Source: an uncultured Tessaracoccus sp.
Lineage (GTDB): Bacteria; Actinomycetota; Actinomycetes; Propionibacteriales; Propionibacteriaceae
Direction of reading: 5' to 3'
Length of the DNA stretch: 64,000 nt
Assembly (NCBI RefSeq): GCF_943914565.1
Contig: NZ_CALUCN010000003.1
Location: 97,054 to 161,053 of the forward strand
Below the pieces are notes generated by a model that saw only the letters and a program-made list of their open reading frames with translations, was not told the DNA's origin and made no database searches. This document shows positions 55,307 to 64,000 of this stretch, in pieces (position 1 is the stretch's first letter; every line of letters starts with the position of its first letter). A program made the translations under genes and the position numbers.

Positions 55307-55502
55307 TTTGGAGGAGTCGCTGCCTCTCATCAAAGCACACGGCAATGCGCGGCGCAATCCTCTAAATCCTCCAAATTTGCGTGGGGGTTTGCTGAGGTGC
55401 CCGGAGTGCAGAATGCCTTGACCGGCTGGGATTCGTGGCATAGCCTGCAAGATGAATCCGCATTTGGCGGAGGGCAATCATCTCTGAATTTGGACATCCA
55501 TG
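55307..55502. promoter_or_regulatory. narK/nar-regulator divergent promoter region with four copies of an ATTTGG(A/C)(G/C)GAG-like motif
   Basis: CAATTTGGAGGA (55307) and its reverse complement TCCTCCAAATTTG (55370). CATTTGGCGGAGGG (55464) and GAATTTGGACATCC (55489). GC is locally lower. Confidence 0.35.
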
Positions 55503-56744
55503 ACCACCAATGATGCACGCCGGGAAGCCCCGGGGGCCGTAGGGGTACTCACCCTTTCAACCATCTCGTTCACTCTCATGTTCGCCGTGTGGCTCATGTT
55601 CGGCATTCTCGGTGTGCCGATCCAGGAGGAGTTCGGGCTCACCAACCCGCAGCTCTTCTGGATCTCCGCTCTCGCGGTGCTGAACGGCTCGATGTGGCGA
55701 CTCCCGGCCGGCATGATCGCCGACCGCGTCGGTGGCAAGGTGGTCATGGTCACCTTGCTGCTCGTCGGTGCCGCTGCCTCGATCGCGGTCGCGAACGCGC
55801 AGAACTACCCCATGCTGCTCGCGCTCGCGTTCGTCGTGGGCCTCGTCGGCAACAGCTTCAGCGTCGGCGTCGCATGGAACTCCGCGTGGTTCACCGATCG
55901 CCGCAAGGGCCTGGCGCTCGGCATCTTCGGAGCGGGCAACGTCGGCGCCTCGGTCACGAAGCTGATCGGCCCCGGCATCATCGCCGCCACCGCCGGCAGC
56001 ACCTATGTCCTCGGCATCCGGGGCGGTTGGCGCCTGATTCCGGTGATCTACGCCGTGCTGCTGGTGGTCATGGCCGTCCTCACGGTCCTGCTCGTGCCGC
56101 GGGAGGACCGCAAGCCAGCCTCCGCGATGTCGATCGGCGCGATGCTCGAGCCCTTGAAGGAGCTTCGCGTCTGGCGCTTCAGCTACTACTACGTGATCGT
56201 GTTCGGCGCCTACGTCGCCTTCTCGGCCTACCTGCCCTCGTACTACGTGCAGAACTTCGACGTCTCGCTGGGCGCTGCGGCTGCGTTCACCGCGACGTTC
56301 ATCTTCCCGGCCTCCCTCCTGCGCCCGCTGGGTGGCTGGGTGAGCGACCAGTGGGGTGCGCGCAAGGCGATGTACCTCACGTTCACCGTCATGCTCGCTG
56401 CCACCGGGGTGCTCTCGATCCCGACCCTCGACGTCTGGACCTTCGCCGTGCTCGTGTTCGTCGTCGGCTGCGCGATGGGCATCGGCAAGGCCGCCGTCTA
56501 CAAGCACATCCCCAACTACTTCCCGAACCACGTCGGCTCCGTCGGCGGGCTCGTCGGCATGCTCGGCGGCCTCGGCGGATTCTTCCTGCCGATCATGTTC
56601 TCCTACGCCCAAGACGGCACCGGCCGGTGGTCGACGGCGTGGTTCATCCTATTCATGTTCACCGCCATCGCCATGGTGTGGATGCACCTGACCATCCGCG
56701 GCATGCAGCGTCGCGGCGGTGCGCTCCACCCCGACCATGTCTGA
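55503..56744 (+). CDS. narK: NarK-type MFS nitrate/nitrite transporter
   Basis: 12-TM MFS with NNP-family signature regions. ATG at 55503 by my reading (the track lists 55500). Confidence 0.85.
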   Translation, partial: TTNDARREAPGAVGVLTLSTISFTLMFAVWLMFGILGVPIQEEFGLTNPQLFWISALAVLNGSMWRLPAGMIADRVGGKVVMVTLLLVGAAASIAVANAQNYPMLLALAFVVGLVGNSFSVGVAWNSAWFTDRRKGLALGIFGAGNVGASVTKLIGPGIIAATAGSTYVLGIRGGWRLIPVIYAVLLVVMAVLTVLLVPREDRKPASAMSIGAMLEPLKELRVWRFSYYYVIVFGAYVAFSAYLPSYYVQNFDVSLGAAAAFTATFIFPASLLRPLGGWVSDQWGARKAMYLTFTVMLAATGVLSIPTLDVWTFAVLVFVVGCAMGIGKAAVYKHIPNYFPNHVGSVGGLVGMLGGLGGFFLPIMFSYAQDGTGRWSTAWFILFMFTAIAMVWMHLTIRGMQRRGGALHPDHV

Positions 56745-56780
56745 CCAGAACCCCGTGACCCTGCAAGGAGGTCGTACCCC

Positions 56781-58166
56781 ATGACCGAGAGACGTGACAC
56801 CCGCTCCGGCGAGTGGCTGCAGCACTGGAACCCGGAGGACGAGCAGAGCTGGGACAAGACGCTCGCCTGGCGCACGCTGTGGATCTCGACGTTCTCGCTC
56901 ACCATGTGCTTCGTCGCGTGGTTCCTCCCCAGCGCGCTCATCCCGAAGCTGGGCGCCATCGGATTCACCTTCACGAAGACGCAGCTGTACTGGATGGCCG
57001 CCATGCCCGGTCTCTCGGGCGGGCTGCTCCGGCTCGTCTGGATGGTGCTCCCTCCCATCATGGGCACCCGCAAGATGGTCACAGTCACCACGGGGCTGCT
57101 CGTGCTCCCGCTCATCGGCTGGGCTGTCGCCATCCAGGACCCGAGTACGCCGTACTGGCTGCTGATGCTGCTCGCGTTCCTCGCCGGCATCGGCGGTGGT
57201 GCGTTCTCGGGCTTCATGCCGTCGACGTCCTACTTCTTCCCCAAACGCCTCTCCGGCACGGCGCTGGGGCTCCAGGCCGGCATCGGCAACTTCGGTGTCT
57301 CGCTCGTGCAGCTGCTCACGCCGCTGCTCATCGGCTTCGCGATGATCGGCGCCCCGCAGGTCGTCCACGTCTCGGGGCAGCCTGAGCAGCAGGTCTGGTA
57401 CCAGAACGCCGGCTTTTTCTGGGTGCCGTTCGTGATCGTCGGCATCGTGCTCGCGTGGATGTTTCTGAAGTCGGTGCCGATCAAGGCGAACATCAAGCAG
57501 CAGTTCGACATCTTCGGCAATGCCGACACCTGGTGGATGACCCTGCTCTACATCATGACCTTCGGCACGTTCTCGGGCCTGTCGGCCCAGTTCGGTCTGT
57601 TGACCACGAACCTCTACGGATCCGGCAACGCCGACATCGTCTCAGGCTCTGGCGCGGCGGCGCAGGTGCTCATCGACGGCTACACCGTGCCCGAGCCGGC
57701 ACAGTTCGTCTTCTGGGGTGCGCTCGTCGGCGCCGGCGCCCGCGTCGTGTTCTCGCCGCTCACCGACAAGATGGGCGGCGCCATCTGGACCCTCATCTCA
57801 GGGCTCGGTCTCATCGGATCAATCGCCTTCACGATGACGGCGCTCACCCCTGACACCACGTCGGCGGCCACCCTCGAGATGGGCTTCCAGAAGTTCTTCT
57901 GGGGCATGATGCTCATCTTCCTGTTTTCGGGCATCGGCAACGCATCCACGTTCAAGCAGATGCCGATGATCTTCGAGAAGCGGCAGGCCGGTGGCGTGAT
58001 CGGGTGGACCTCGGCCATTGCCGCGTTCGGACCGTTCTTCTTCGGCGTGGGGCTGAGCTCGATCGGACCGGTCGCGTTCTACGCCGTCGGCATCCTGTTC
58101 GCGATCGGCTGCGTCGTCATCACCTGGGTGCGCTACGCACGCCCGGGCGCACCGAAGCCGAGCTGA
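56781..58166 (+). CDS. narK: NarK-type MFS nitrate/nitrite transporter (second paralogue)
   Basis: 12-TM MFS, NNP-family. Follows the first narK by 36 bp with its own SD. Confidence 0.85.
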   Translation: MTERRDTRSGEWLQHWNPEDEQSWDKTLAWRTLWISTFSLTMCFVAWFLPSALIPKLGAIGFTFTKTQLYWMAAMPGLSGGLLRLVWMVLPPIMGTRKMVTVTTGLLVLPLIGWAVAIQDPSTPYWLLMLLAFLAGIGGGAFSGFMPSTSYFFPKRLSGTALGLQAGIGNFGVSLVQLLTPLLIGFAMIGAPQVVHVSGQPEQQVWYQNAGFFWVPFVIVGIVLAWMFLKSVPIKANIKQQFDIFGNADTWWMTLLYIMTFGTFSGLSAQFGLLTTNLYGSGNADIVSGSGAAAQVLIDGYTVPEPAQFVFWGALVGAGARVVFSPLTDKMGGAIWTLISGLGLIGSIAFTMTALTPDTTSAATLEMGFQKFFWGMMLIFLFSGIGNASTFKQMPMIFEKRQAGGVIGWTSAIAAFGPFFFGVGLSSIGPVAFYAVGILFAIGCVVITWVRYARPGAPKPS

Positions 58167-58208
58167 CCGCCGGCGGGGTCGCGGGGTTCGGGTCCGCTGG
58201 GGCCGGCC

Positions 58209-58826
58209 TCAATGCGCACGGAACACGACCGTGAGCGCCGTCTCGACGACGATGTCCTCCGGCCTGGCTTCCACCGGGTCGGGCGCCACCGGGGCTGCGC
58301 CGGCGAACCGCATCGCGGTCCCGGCGAAGGCTGGTGCGGACGAGCGTGCGTCGTCGGTCACGTGCACCACCTCGAGCCCCGTCGCGCCGAGATGGTTCGC
58401 GATCACCTCGGCCTTGGTACGGGCCTGGTCCAGCGCGTCGCCCACGAGCCCAGCCAAGGCGTCACGGCGGCTCGCGTCGCTGAGGCGCCACGACGTGTAC
58501 CGCACCTCGACGCCCGCCGCGGCCCACGCGCCCGTGCACTCGGCCATGCGGGTGAAATCGGCGAACGTGACCCGCACCTGACCGGTCGCCGTGTGCGTCG
58601 TCCGGCGGTCGTGGTCGTCCGCCCAGCTGCGGACCCCGTCGGTGTGGACGGCCGTGACGGTTCCGTCCGGCAGGTGGTCGATTTCCTCGAGGAGTCGGTT
58701 GGTGCGCGCGTGGACGTCGGCGGTGACCCGGGCCGCGTCGCGCCCGGATCCCTCGACGACGAGCGTGACGACGGCCTCGTCGGGTGCGACGGCGGTCTCG
58801 GCCTGGCCGGTGATGCTGATCTCCAT
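58209..58826 (-). CDS. SIMPL/DUF541 domain protein
   Basis: Typical SIMPL-domain sequence pattern over 205 aa. Confidence 0.8.
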   Translation of the reverse strand: MEISITGQAETAVAPDEAVVTLVVEGSGRDAARVTADVHARTNRLLEEIDHLPDGTVTAVHTDGVRSWADDHDRRTTHTATGQVRVTFADFTRMAECTGAWAAAGVEVRYTSWRLSDASRRDALAGLVGDALDQARTKAEVIANHLGATGLEVVHVTDDARSSAPAFAGTAMRFAGAAPVAPDPVEARPEDIVVETALTVVFRAH

Positions 58827-58901
58827 GCCCCCACGCTAGACGCTCCGCGGCTTCCCAGGGTGGGGCAACGAGTGCGGGTGCGGTGCAACTACCCTTGGCA
58901 C

Positions 58902-59405
58902 ATGGCCTATCACGCGGACGCAACGGACCTTGACCAGAAGGAAGTGCTCACCTGGCAGGGCCTGGGTGACGCCACCGACGAGCTCGCCCACTCGATCGTG
59001 GACTCGGGCTTCCACCCGGAGATCATCATCGCCGTCGCCCGCGGGGGCCTGCTGCTCGCAGGAGGACTCACGTACGCACTGGGCGTGAAGCTCACCGACG
59101 CGATCAACGTCGAGTTCTACACCGACGTCAACGCCACCCTGCCCGACCCGGTCCTGCTCGCCCCGATGCTCGACACCGAGGCCATCGCCGGCAAGCAGCT
59201 CCTCGTCGTCGACGACGTGGCCGACTCCGGCCGCACGCTCGGCCTCGTCATGAAGCTGCTCCGCGGTTTCGGCGCCGACGTGCGCTCGGCCGTGCTCTAC
59301 GCCAAGCCGCGCACCGTCGTCGAGCCCGACTACGTGTGGAAGTTCACCGACCAGTGGATCGTCTTCCCCTGGTCGGCCAAGCCGCCGCTCTTGCCGCAGG
59401 GCTGA
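58902..59405 (+). CDS. phosphoribosyltransferase family protein
   Basis: PRPP-binding motif LLVVDDVADSGRT. Probable leaderless start with a TACCCT -10 box at -12..-7. Confidence 0.75.
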   Translation: MAYHADATDLDQKEVLTWQGLGDATDELAHSIVDSGFHPEIIIAVARGGLLLAGGLTYALGVKLTDAINVEFYTDVNATLPDPVLLAPMLDTEAIAGKQLLVVDDVADSGRTLGLVMKLLRGFGADVRSAVLYAKPRTVVEPDYVWKFTDQWIVFPWSAKPPLLPQG

Positions 59406-59474
59406 CCCACCGTCGGGGCGCGGTTGCGTGCGGTTCGATTCCCGATCGAGCGCGCCGGGCAGCGCCTGACTGGC

Positions 59475-59835
59475 GTGGCGAATGCGAGGCGCGCCCGCCG
59501 TCGGTGGTGGGTTTGCCAACGTTTGGTCTGGTTCGCCAATTCTGGGGGCGGTTCGCCAATGCTTGGTCCGGTTTGCCAACGCTTGGTCTGATTCGCCAAC
59601 GGTGTGCGGGTTTGCCAACGGTTCGGTCCCGTGGGCGTGCCGCGAACGTCATGCAACGTTGGCAAACCGTCACAGCGTTGGCGAACGGACCCCTTCGTTG
59701 GCGAACGGGCCCGCGGTTGGCAAACGGAGCCCGCGGTTGGCAAACGCAGCCCTCCGTTGGCAAACGGACCCCTTCGTTGGCGAACGGGCCCCTCCGTTGG
59801 CAAAGCCGCCCCACGGTTGGCAAACCCCACCCAAC
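59475..59835. repeat. phased array of about 15 ten-bp boxes at 20-bp period in two inverted arms: 6x (G)GTT(T/C)GCCAA(C/T) then 9x GTTGGC(A/G)AAC
   Basis: Arm 1 boxes start 59511, 59531, 59551, 59571, 59591 and 59610. Arm 2 boxes start 59658, 59677, 59697, 59716, 59736, 59756, 59776, 59796 and 59816. One extra arm-2-type box sits at about 59475. Period is 19-20 bp throughout. Non-coding (the period is not a multiple of 3 and all six frames are broken or garbage). Confidence 0.7.
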
Positions 59836-59923
59836 CAGTACCCACACGATGGTCCACCAGATGCGCTTCGCTGCGGGTCTACGATGGCTGCGGAACACAT
59901 TTGCCCCCGGAAAGGAGTGACGG

Positions 59924-60121
59924 ATGCCCGAGACCCGTACGTTCGACCCCTCCGAGGGCGACGACCTGGCCAAGCTGGTCCGCGACGCGCTCGGTGAGCA
60001 CGTGCGCCCCACGGAGCCCGGCTCGGATGCCGCCGCCGACCGGCTCGAGCAGCCGGACCCCGAGCCCGACGAGGCCGGCGGCGCCGCGTCGATCCTCGAC
60101 CTGCCGGTGTTCGACTTCTGA
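59924..60121 (+). CDS. small acidic hypothetical protein (65 aa)
   Basis: Strong SD (AAAGGAG) 7 nt before the ATG. Acidic, Pro-rich. Lies between the repeat array and tkt. Confidence 0.35.
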   Translation: MPETRTFDPSEGDDLAKLVRDALGEHVRPTEPGSDAAADRLEQPDPEPDEAGGAASILDLPVFDF

Positions 60122-60216
60122 ACACACCCCCGGCGCGCCATCTCGCCCTCGCAACTATCCTTGGCTGGGACGACCACGAACACTCGCCAACGACTGAGAG
60201 AGCCGAGGACACACAA

Positions 60217-62268
60217 GTGACGTTCGAATGGACCGACATCGATGCACGAGCGGTCGACACCGCCCGGGTACTCGCCGCCGACGCCGTCGAGAAGACGGGC
60301 AACGGACACCCGGGCACGCCCATCTCCATGGCGCCCGTGGCGCACCTGCTGTACCAGAAGGTGCTGCGCACGGACCCCGCCGACGACAAGTGGATCGGCC
60401 GTGACCGGTTCGTCCTCTCGGCCGGGCACGCGTCGATGCTGCAGTACGCGCAGCTCTACCTGGGCGGACTCGGCCTCGAGCTCGAGGACATCCAGTCCCT
60501 GCGCCAGTGGGGGTCGAAGACGCCCGGGCACCCGGAGTACAACCACACGAAGTTCATCGAGTGCACCACCGGCCCGCTCGGCGCCGGCGTGAGCAACGCC
60601 GTCGGCATGGCGATGGCCGCCAGGCGTCAGCGCGGCCTGTTCGAGCCGGAGGCGAAGCCGGGGGAGTCGCTGTTCGACTACACCGTCTACGTCCTCGCCG
60701 GCGACGGCTGCCTGCAGGAGGGCGTCGCGTCCGAGGCCTCGTCGCTCGCGGGCACGCAGAACCTCGGCAACCTGATCCTCATCTACGACGACAACGCCAT
60801 CTCGATCGAGGGCGACACGAACATCTCGTTCACCGAGGACGTCGCCAAGCGCTACGAGGCCTACGGCTGGCACGTCCAGGACGTCGACTGGACCAACGGC
60901 CACACCGAGTACCGCGAGGACGTCGAAGCACTGTTCAACGCGATCGAGGAGGCCAAGCGGGTCACCGACAAGCCGTCGTTCATCCACCTCCACAGCATCA
61001 TCGGCTGGCCACTGCCCAACAAGCAGGGCGACGCCGGCGTCCACGGCGCCAAGATCGGCGGCGACGAGATCTCGGCCCTGAAGGAGGTCCTCGGCTTCCC
61101 CGACGAGCCGTTCGCGATCGACCAGGACCTCGTCCGCACGACGAGGGCCAGCCTCGCCGAACGCGGCCAGGCCCTGCGCGCCGAGTGGGACGCCCGCTTC
61201 AAGGAGTGGAGCGCCGAGCACCCCGACCGCGCCGCACTGCTTGAACGCGTCCGCGCCGGCAAACTGCCCGAGGACCTCTCGCTGCCGGTGTTCGAGGAGG
61301 GCGAGCTCGCCACACGCGCCGCGTCGGGCGAGGTGCTCAATGCACTCGCGTCGCAGCTGCCCGAGCTGTGGGGCGGATCGGCCGACCTCGCCGGGTCGAA
61401 CAACACCGCGATGAAGGGCGAGCCCAGCTTCCTTCCCGAGGAGCGCCAGAGCGCGCAGTGGCGCGGCTCCGAGTACGGCCGCAACCTGCACTTCGGCGTC
61501 CGCGAGCACGCGATGGGCGGCATCCTGAACGGCATCAACCTGGCGAGCCTCACCCGTGCCTACGCGGCGACGTTCCTCGTCTTCTCCGACTACATGCGGC
61601 CCCCCGTGCGTCTCGCCGCGCTGTCCGGGATCCCCAGCATCTTCGTCTGGACCCACGACTCCGTCGGCGTCGGCGAGGACGGCCCGACGCACCAGCCGAT
61701 CGAGCACCTCGCGTCGCTGCGCGCGATCCCCGGCCTCGCGGTCGTCCGGCCCTCGGACGCCAACGAGACCTCCGTCGCGTGGGGGGAGGTGCTGCGTCGC
61801 GCCGACGCGCCGGCGGCCCTGGTCCTGTCCAGGCAGAAGCTGCGCACCGTCCCGCGTGGAGAGCGCTACGCGTCCGCCGAGGGCGTCGCGCAGGGCGCCT
61901 ACGTGCTCAGCGAGGCGTCGAGCACGCCGAAGCTCGTGCTCATCGCCACCGGCTCCGAGGTCGAGCTCGCACTCGACGCGCAGGAGCGGCTCGAGGCCGA
62001 CGGCACGCCCACTCGCGTCGTGTCGATGCCCTGCCAGGAGTGGTTCGACGAGCAGCCGCAGGCGTACCGCGACGAGGTCCTGCCCGAGGGCACCGCACGG
62101 CTCAGCATCGAGGCCGGCGTCGCCATGGGCTGGTCGAGGTACGTCGGTCGCGACGGCGGCTCGGTCTCGATCGAGCACTTCGGCGCCTCGGCCGCCGGCA
62201 CGCGTTGCTTCGAGGAGTTCGGCTTCACCGTCGACAACGTCGTGGCCAAGGCCAAGGCGCTCCTCTGA
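60217..62268 (+). CDS. tkt: transketolase
   Basis: Thiamine-pyrophosphate binding GDGCLQEGV motif, TK C-terminal domain. 683 aa. Confidence 0.95.
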   Translation: MTFEWTDIDARAVDTARVLAADAVEKTGNGHPGTPISMAPVAHLLYQKVLRTDPADDKWIGRDRFVLSAGHASMLQYAQLYLGGLGLELEDIQSLRQWGSKTPGHPEYNHTKFIECTTGPLGAGVSNAVGMAMAARRQRGLFEPEAKPGESLFDYTVYVLAGDGCLQEGVASEASSLAGTQNLGNLILIYDDNAISIEGDTNISFTEDVAKRYEAYGWHVQDVDWTNGHTEYREDVEALFNAIEEAKRVTDKPSFIHLHSIIGWPLPNKQGDAGVHGAKIGGDEISALKEVLGFPDEPFAIDQDLVRTTRASLAERGQALRAEWDARFKEWSAEHPDRAALLERVRAGKLPEDLSLPVFEEGELATRAASGEVLNALASQLPELWGGSADLAGSNNTAMKGEPSFLPEERQSAQWRGSEYGRNLHFGVREHAMGGILNGINLASLTRAYAATFLVFSDYMRPPVRLAALSGIPSIFVWTHDSVGVGEDGPTHQPIEHLASLRAIPGLAVVRPSDANETSVAWGEVLRRADAPAALVLSRQKLRTVPRGERYASAEGVAQGAYVLSEASSTPKLVLIATGSEVELALDAQERLEADGTPTRVVSMPCQEWFDEQPQAYRDEVLPEGTARLSIEAGVAMGWSRYVGRDGGSVSIEHFGASAAGTRCFEEFGFTVDNVVAKAKALL

Positions 62269-62283
62269 CCTGACCCCGTCCGG

Positions 62284-62328
62284 ACGCCCGGGTGGGCCGC
62301 ACCGCGTGTGGGCCGACCCGGGCGTTTG
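62284..62328 (+). terminator. candidate intrinsic terminator after tkt (15-bp stem, 1 mismatch, followed by TTTG)
   Basis: ACGCCCGGGTGGGCC...GGCCGACCCGGGCGT-TTTG, 15 bp after the tkt stop. Confidence 0.45.
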
Positions 62329-62340
62329 TACGCTGGGGGC

Positions 62341-64000
62341 ATGGCACATCCCCTGAGCGCACTGCAGAAGCTGGTGGGCGCGAGCCCCGTCGTCCTCGAA
62401 CTCGACCTGGCGCACGGCGTCCTCGCGGCCCGGCCCGACAACCCCCTCCAGGCGTTGCAGCTCGTGAACGCCACCCGCGTCGAGACCCTCCGCGCCACGC
62501 TGCGCGACGCCGCCGGCGACGACCGCGTGCGCGGGCTCATCGTGCACGCCTCCGCCGAGCGCTTCCCGCTCGCGATCCTCGACGAGGTCGCGCTCGAGGT
62601 CGCACGCTTCGCCGAGCACAAGCCGACCGCCTGCTGGAGCGAGAGCTTCGGTGAGCTCACTCCGTCACTCGGGCTCTACGCGATGGCCACCGCCGCGCAC
62701 GAGATCTGGGTGCAGCCCACCGGCACGCTCTCGATCAGCGGCCCCGAGCTGCAGGTCGTCCTCCTGAAGGGCGGGCTCGCGAAGCTCGGCATCGAGCCGC
62801 AGTTCGGCCAGCGCCACGAGTACAAGACCGCCGCGGACCAGTTCGCCGCCGACGAGGTCACCCCCGCCAACCGCGAGATGATGACCTCGATCGTGGAGTC
62901 CCTCGTCGAGGAGGCCTGCGGGACGATCGGCGCCCGACGCGGGCTCGAGCCCGGCGCCGTCCGGGATGCCGTCGAGGCCGCACCGCTCACGCCGGAGGAC
63001 GCGCTCGAACGGGGACTCATCGACCACATCGGCTACCGCGACGAGCTCTACGAGCACGTCCTCGACGAGTGGGCGGCCACGCCGGAACACCTCGCCTACG
63101 TCAATCGCTACGCGCTGCGCCCCCGACTCTCGCGCGCGCTGGCGGGCCCCCGTCGCAAGCGCATCGGCGTCGTCGACGTCCACGGCGCGATCGTCACCGG
63201 CCGGGGCAACGCGGGCCCCGGGCGGCGCAGCGTGGGCGCGGACGTCGTCGCCGAGCAGCTGCGGCACGCCGCCGACGACGATCAGGTCGCGGCGATCCTC
63301 CTCGACGTGAACTCGCCCGGCGGCTCCGCCGTCGCCTCGGACACGATCCACCGCGCGGTGCTGCAGGCCAGCGCGGCCGGCACACCGGTCATCGCGACGA
63401 TGGGGGAGTACGCGGCCTCCGGCGGCTACTACGCGTCGATGGGGGCCGACGAGATCGTGGCGCTGCCCAGCACACTCACCGGCTCGATCGGCGTCGTCGC
63501 GGGCAAGCTCGTGACGACGGGCCTCTACGACAAGCTCGGGCTCGTGCGCGAGTCGATCACCGCCGACGAGGGTGCGGCCGCGCTGAGCGACGCCCGGCCG
63601 ATGACCGACGAGGAGTGGGCCAAGCTCGAGGCATGGCTCGACCGCGTCTACGACGACTTCGTCCGAAAGGCCGCCGACGGCCGCGCCATGAGCGTGGACG
63701 AGCTCGAGCCGCTCGCGCGCGGCCGGGTGTGGACCGGGGCCCAAGCGCTCGACCTGGGCCTCGTCGACCACGTGGGCGGACGTGGCCGTGCCATCGAGCG
63801 TGCCGCGTCGCTCGCGAACCTCGAGCCCGACGAGGTCGACGTCGTGCCCGTGGGGCCGCGCGGGATGCTGGCTCGGTTCCGGCCCGCGCAGTCCTCGGCG
63901 GCGCTCGCCGGCGTCCGGCGTCGTGCCGTGACGCCCGAGGCGCTGTTCGCCGGCGCGCTCGAGCACCTCGGCGTCGCCGCCCCCGGGGTGCTCTCGATGC
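62341..64000 (+). CDS. sppA: signal peptide peptidase SppA (S49 family), 3' partial
   Basis: Two S49 domains (GGYYASMGADEIVALPSTLTGSIGV, catalytic Ser region). The ORF runs off the window end, so it is absent from the supplied plus-strand track. Confidence 0.85.
   Translation, partial: MAHPLSALQKLVGASPVVLELDLAHGVLAARPDNPLQALQLVNATRVETLRATLRDAAGDDRVRGLIVHASAERFPLAILDEVALEVARFAEHKPTACWSESFGELTPSLGLYAMATAAHEIWVQPTGTLSISGPELQVVLLKGGLAKLGIEPQFGQRHEYKTAADQFAADEVTPANREMMTSIVESLVEEACGTIGARRGLEPGAVRDAVEAAPLTPEDALERGLIDHIGYRDELYEHVLDEWAATPEHLAYVNRYALRPRLSRALAGPRRKRIGVVDVHGAIVTGRGNAGPGRRSVGADVVAEQLRHAADDDQVAAILLDVNSPGGSAVASDTIHRAVLQASAAGTPVIATMGEYAASGGYYASMGADEIVALPSTLTGSIGVVAGKLVTTGLYDKLGLVRESITADEGAAALSDARPMTDEEWAKLEAWLDRVYDDFVRKAADGRAMSVDELEPLARGRVWTGAQALDLGLVDHVGGRGRAIERAASLANLEPDEVDVVPVGPRGMLARFRPAQSSAALAGVRRRAVTPEALFAGALEHLGVAAPGVLSM

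Noticed and set aside
59415-59460. tRNA-like GGTTCGATTCC T-loop-like sequence just downstream of the PRTase gene.
   Set aside because: Flanking sequence cannot form a T-stem, acceptor stem or other cloverleaf arms. Likely chance or at most a highly degraded tRNA fragment.
59475-59835. Repeat array considered as a CRISPR array.
   Set aside because: Boxes are 10 bp at 20-bp period with no unique spacers. Two arms are in inverted orientation. No cas genes nearby.

Overview
High-GC (about 70%) actinobacterial chromosome segment, Micrococcales-like in gene content, with about 60 supportable genes. Content in order: partial M18 aminopeptidase. A minus-strand siderophore ABC uptake operon (ATPase, two FecCD permeases, lipoprotein binding protein) with an IdeR/DtxR iron box in its promoter. 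A GNAT and ychF. A roughly 4 kb lower-GC decayed accessory island carrying a VOC gene, a higB-higA fusion remnant with an amber codon, SDR and aldo/keto-reductase pseudogenes, an intact mazEF pair, and a three-gene overlapping operon (DUF1877 / BrnT-like / small HTH protein). Then a DinB_2 protein, a GT39 membrane glycosyltransferase with a Gly/Pro/Gln-rich low-complexity insert, an acidic hypothetical plus a tandem SMI1/KNR4 protein, a vapC N-terminal fragment, a PHO-box-preceded secreted tandem double alkaline phosphatase with LPXTG anchor, a TIGR03943/DUF318 permease pair, and phd(RHH)-doc. Then an ABC-F ATPase, a double GNAT, an Abi_2 abortive-infection pseudogene, a FAD-monooxygenase::NAD(P)-binding fusion, putP, a lipoprotein, DJ-1/PfpI, isochorismatase, a TMEM175-like channel, mgtE, a DEDDh exonuclease, arsenic genes (arsR-arsC divergent from arsD-arsA, no pump), a sugar ABC importer, ddh, a P-loop kinase without canonical start, a beta-CASP MBL hydrolase, the respiratory nitrate reductase locus (wHTH regulator-narGHJI-mobA-like, divergent narK x2), a SIMPL protein, a PRTase, tkt and partial sppA. 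The most unusual feature is a 360 bp non-coding array upstream of tkt: about 15 copies of a 10-bp box (TTYGCCAAY / GTTGGCRAAC) phased at exactly 20 bp and arranged as two inverted arms. Many long antisense shadow ORFs in the six-frame track were discarded.
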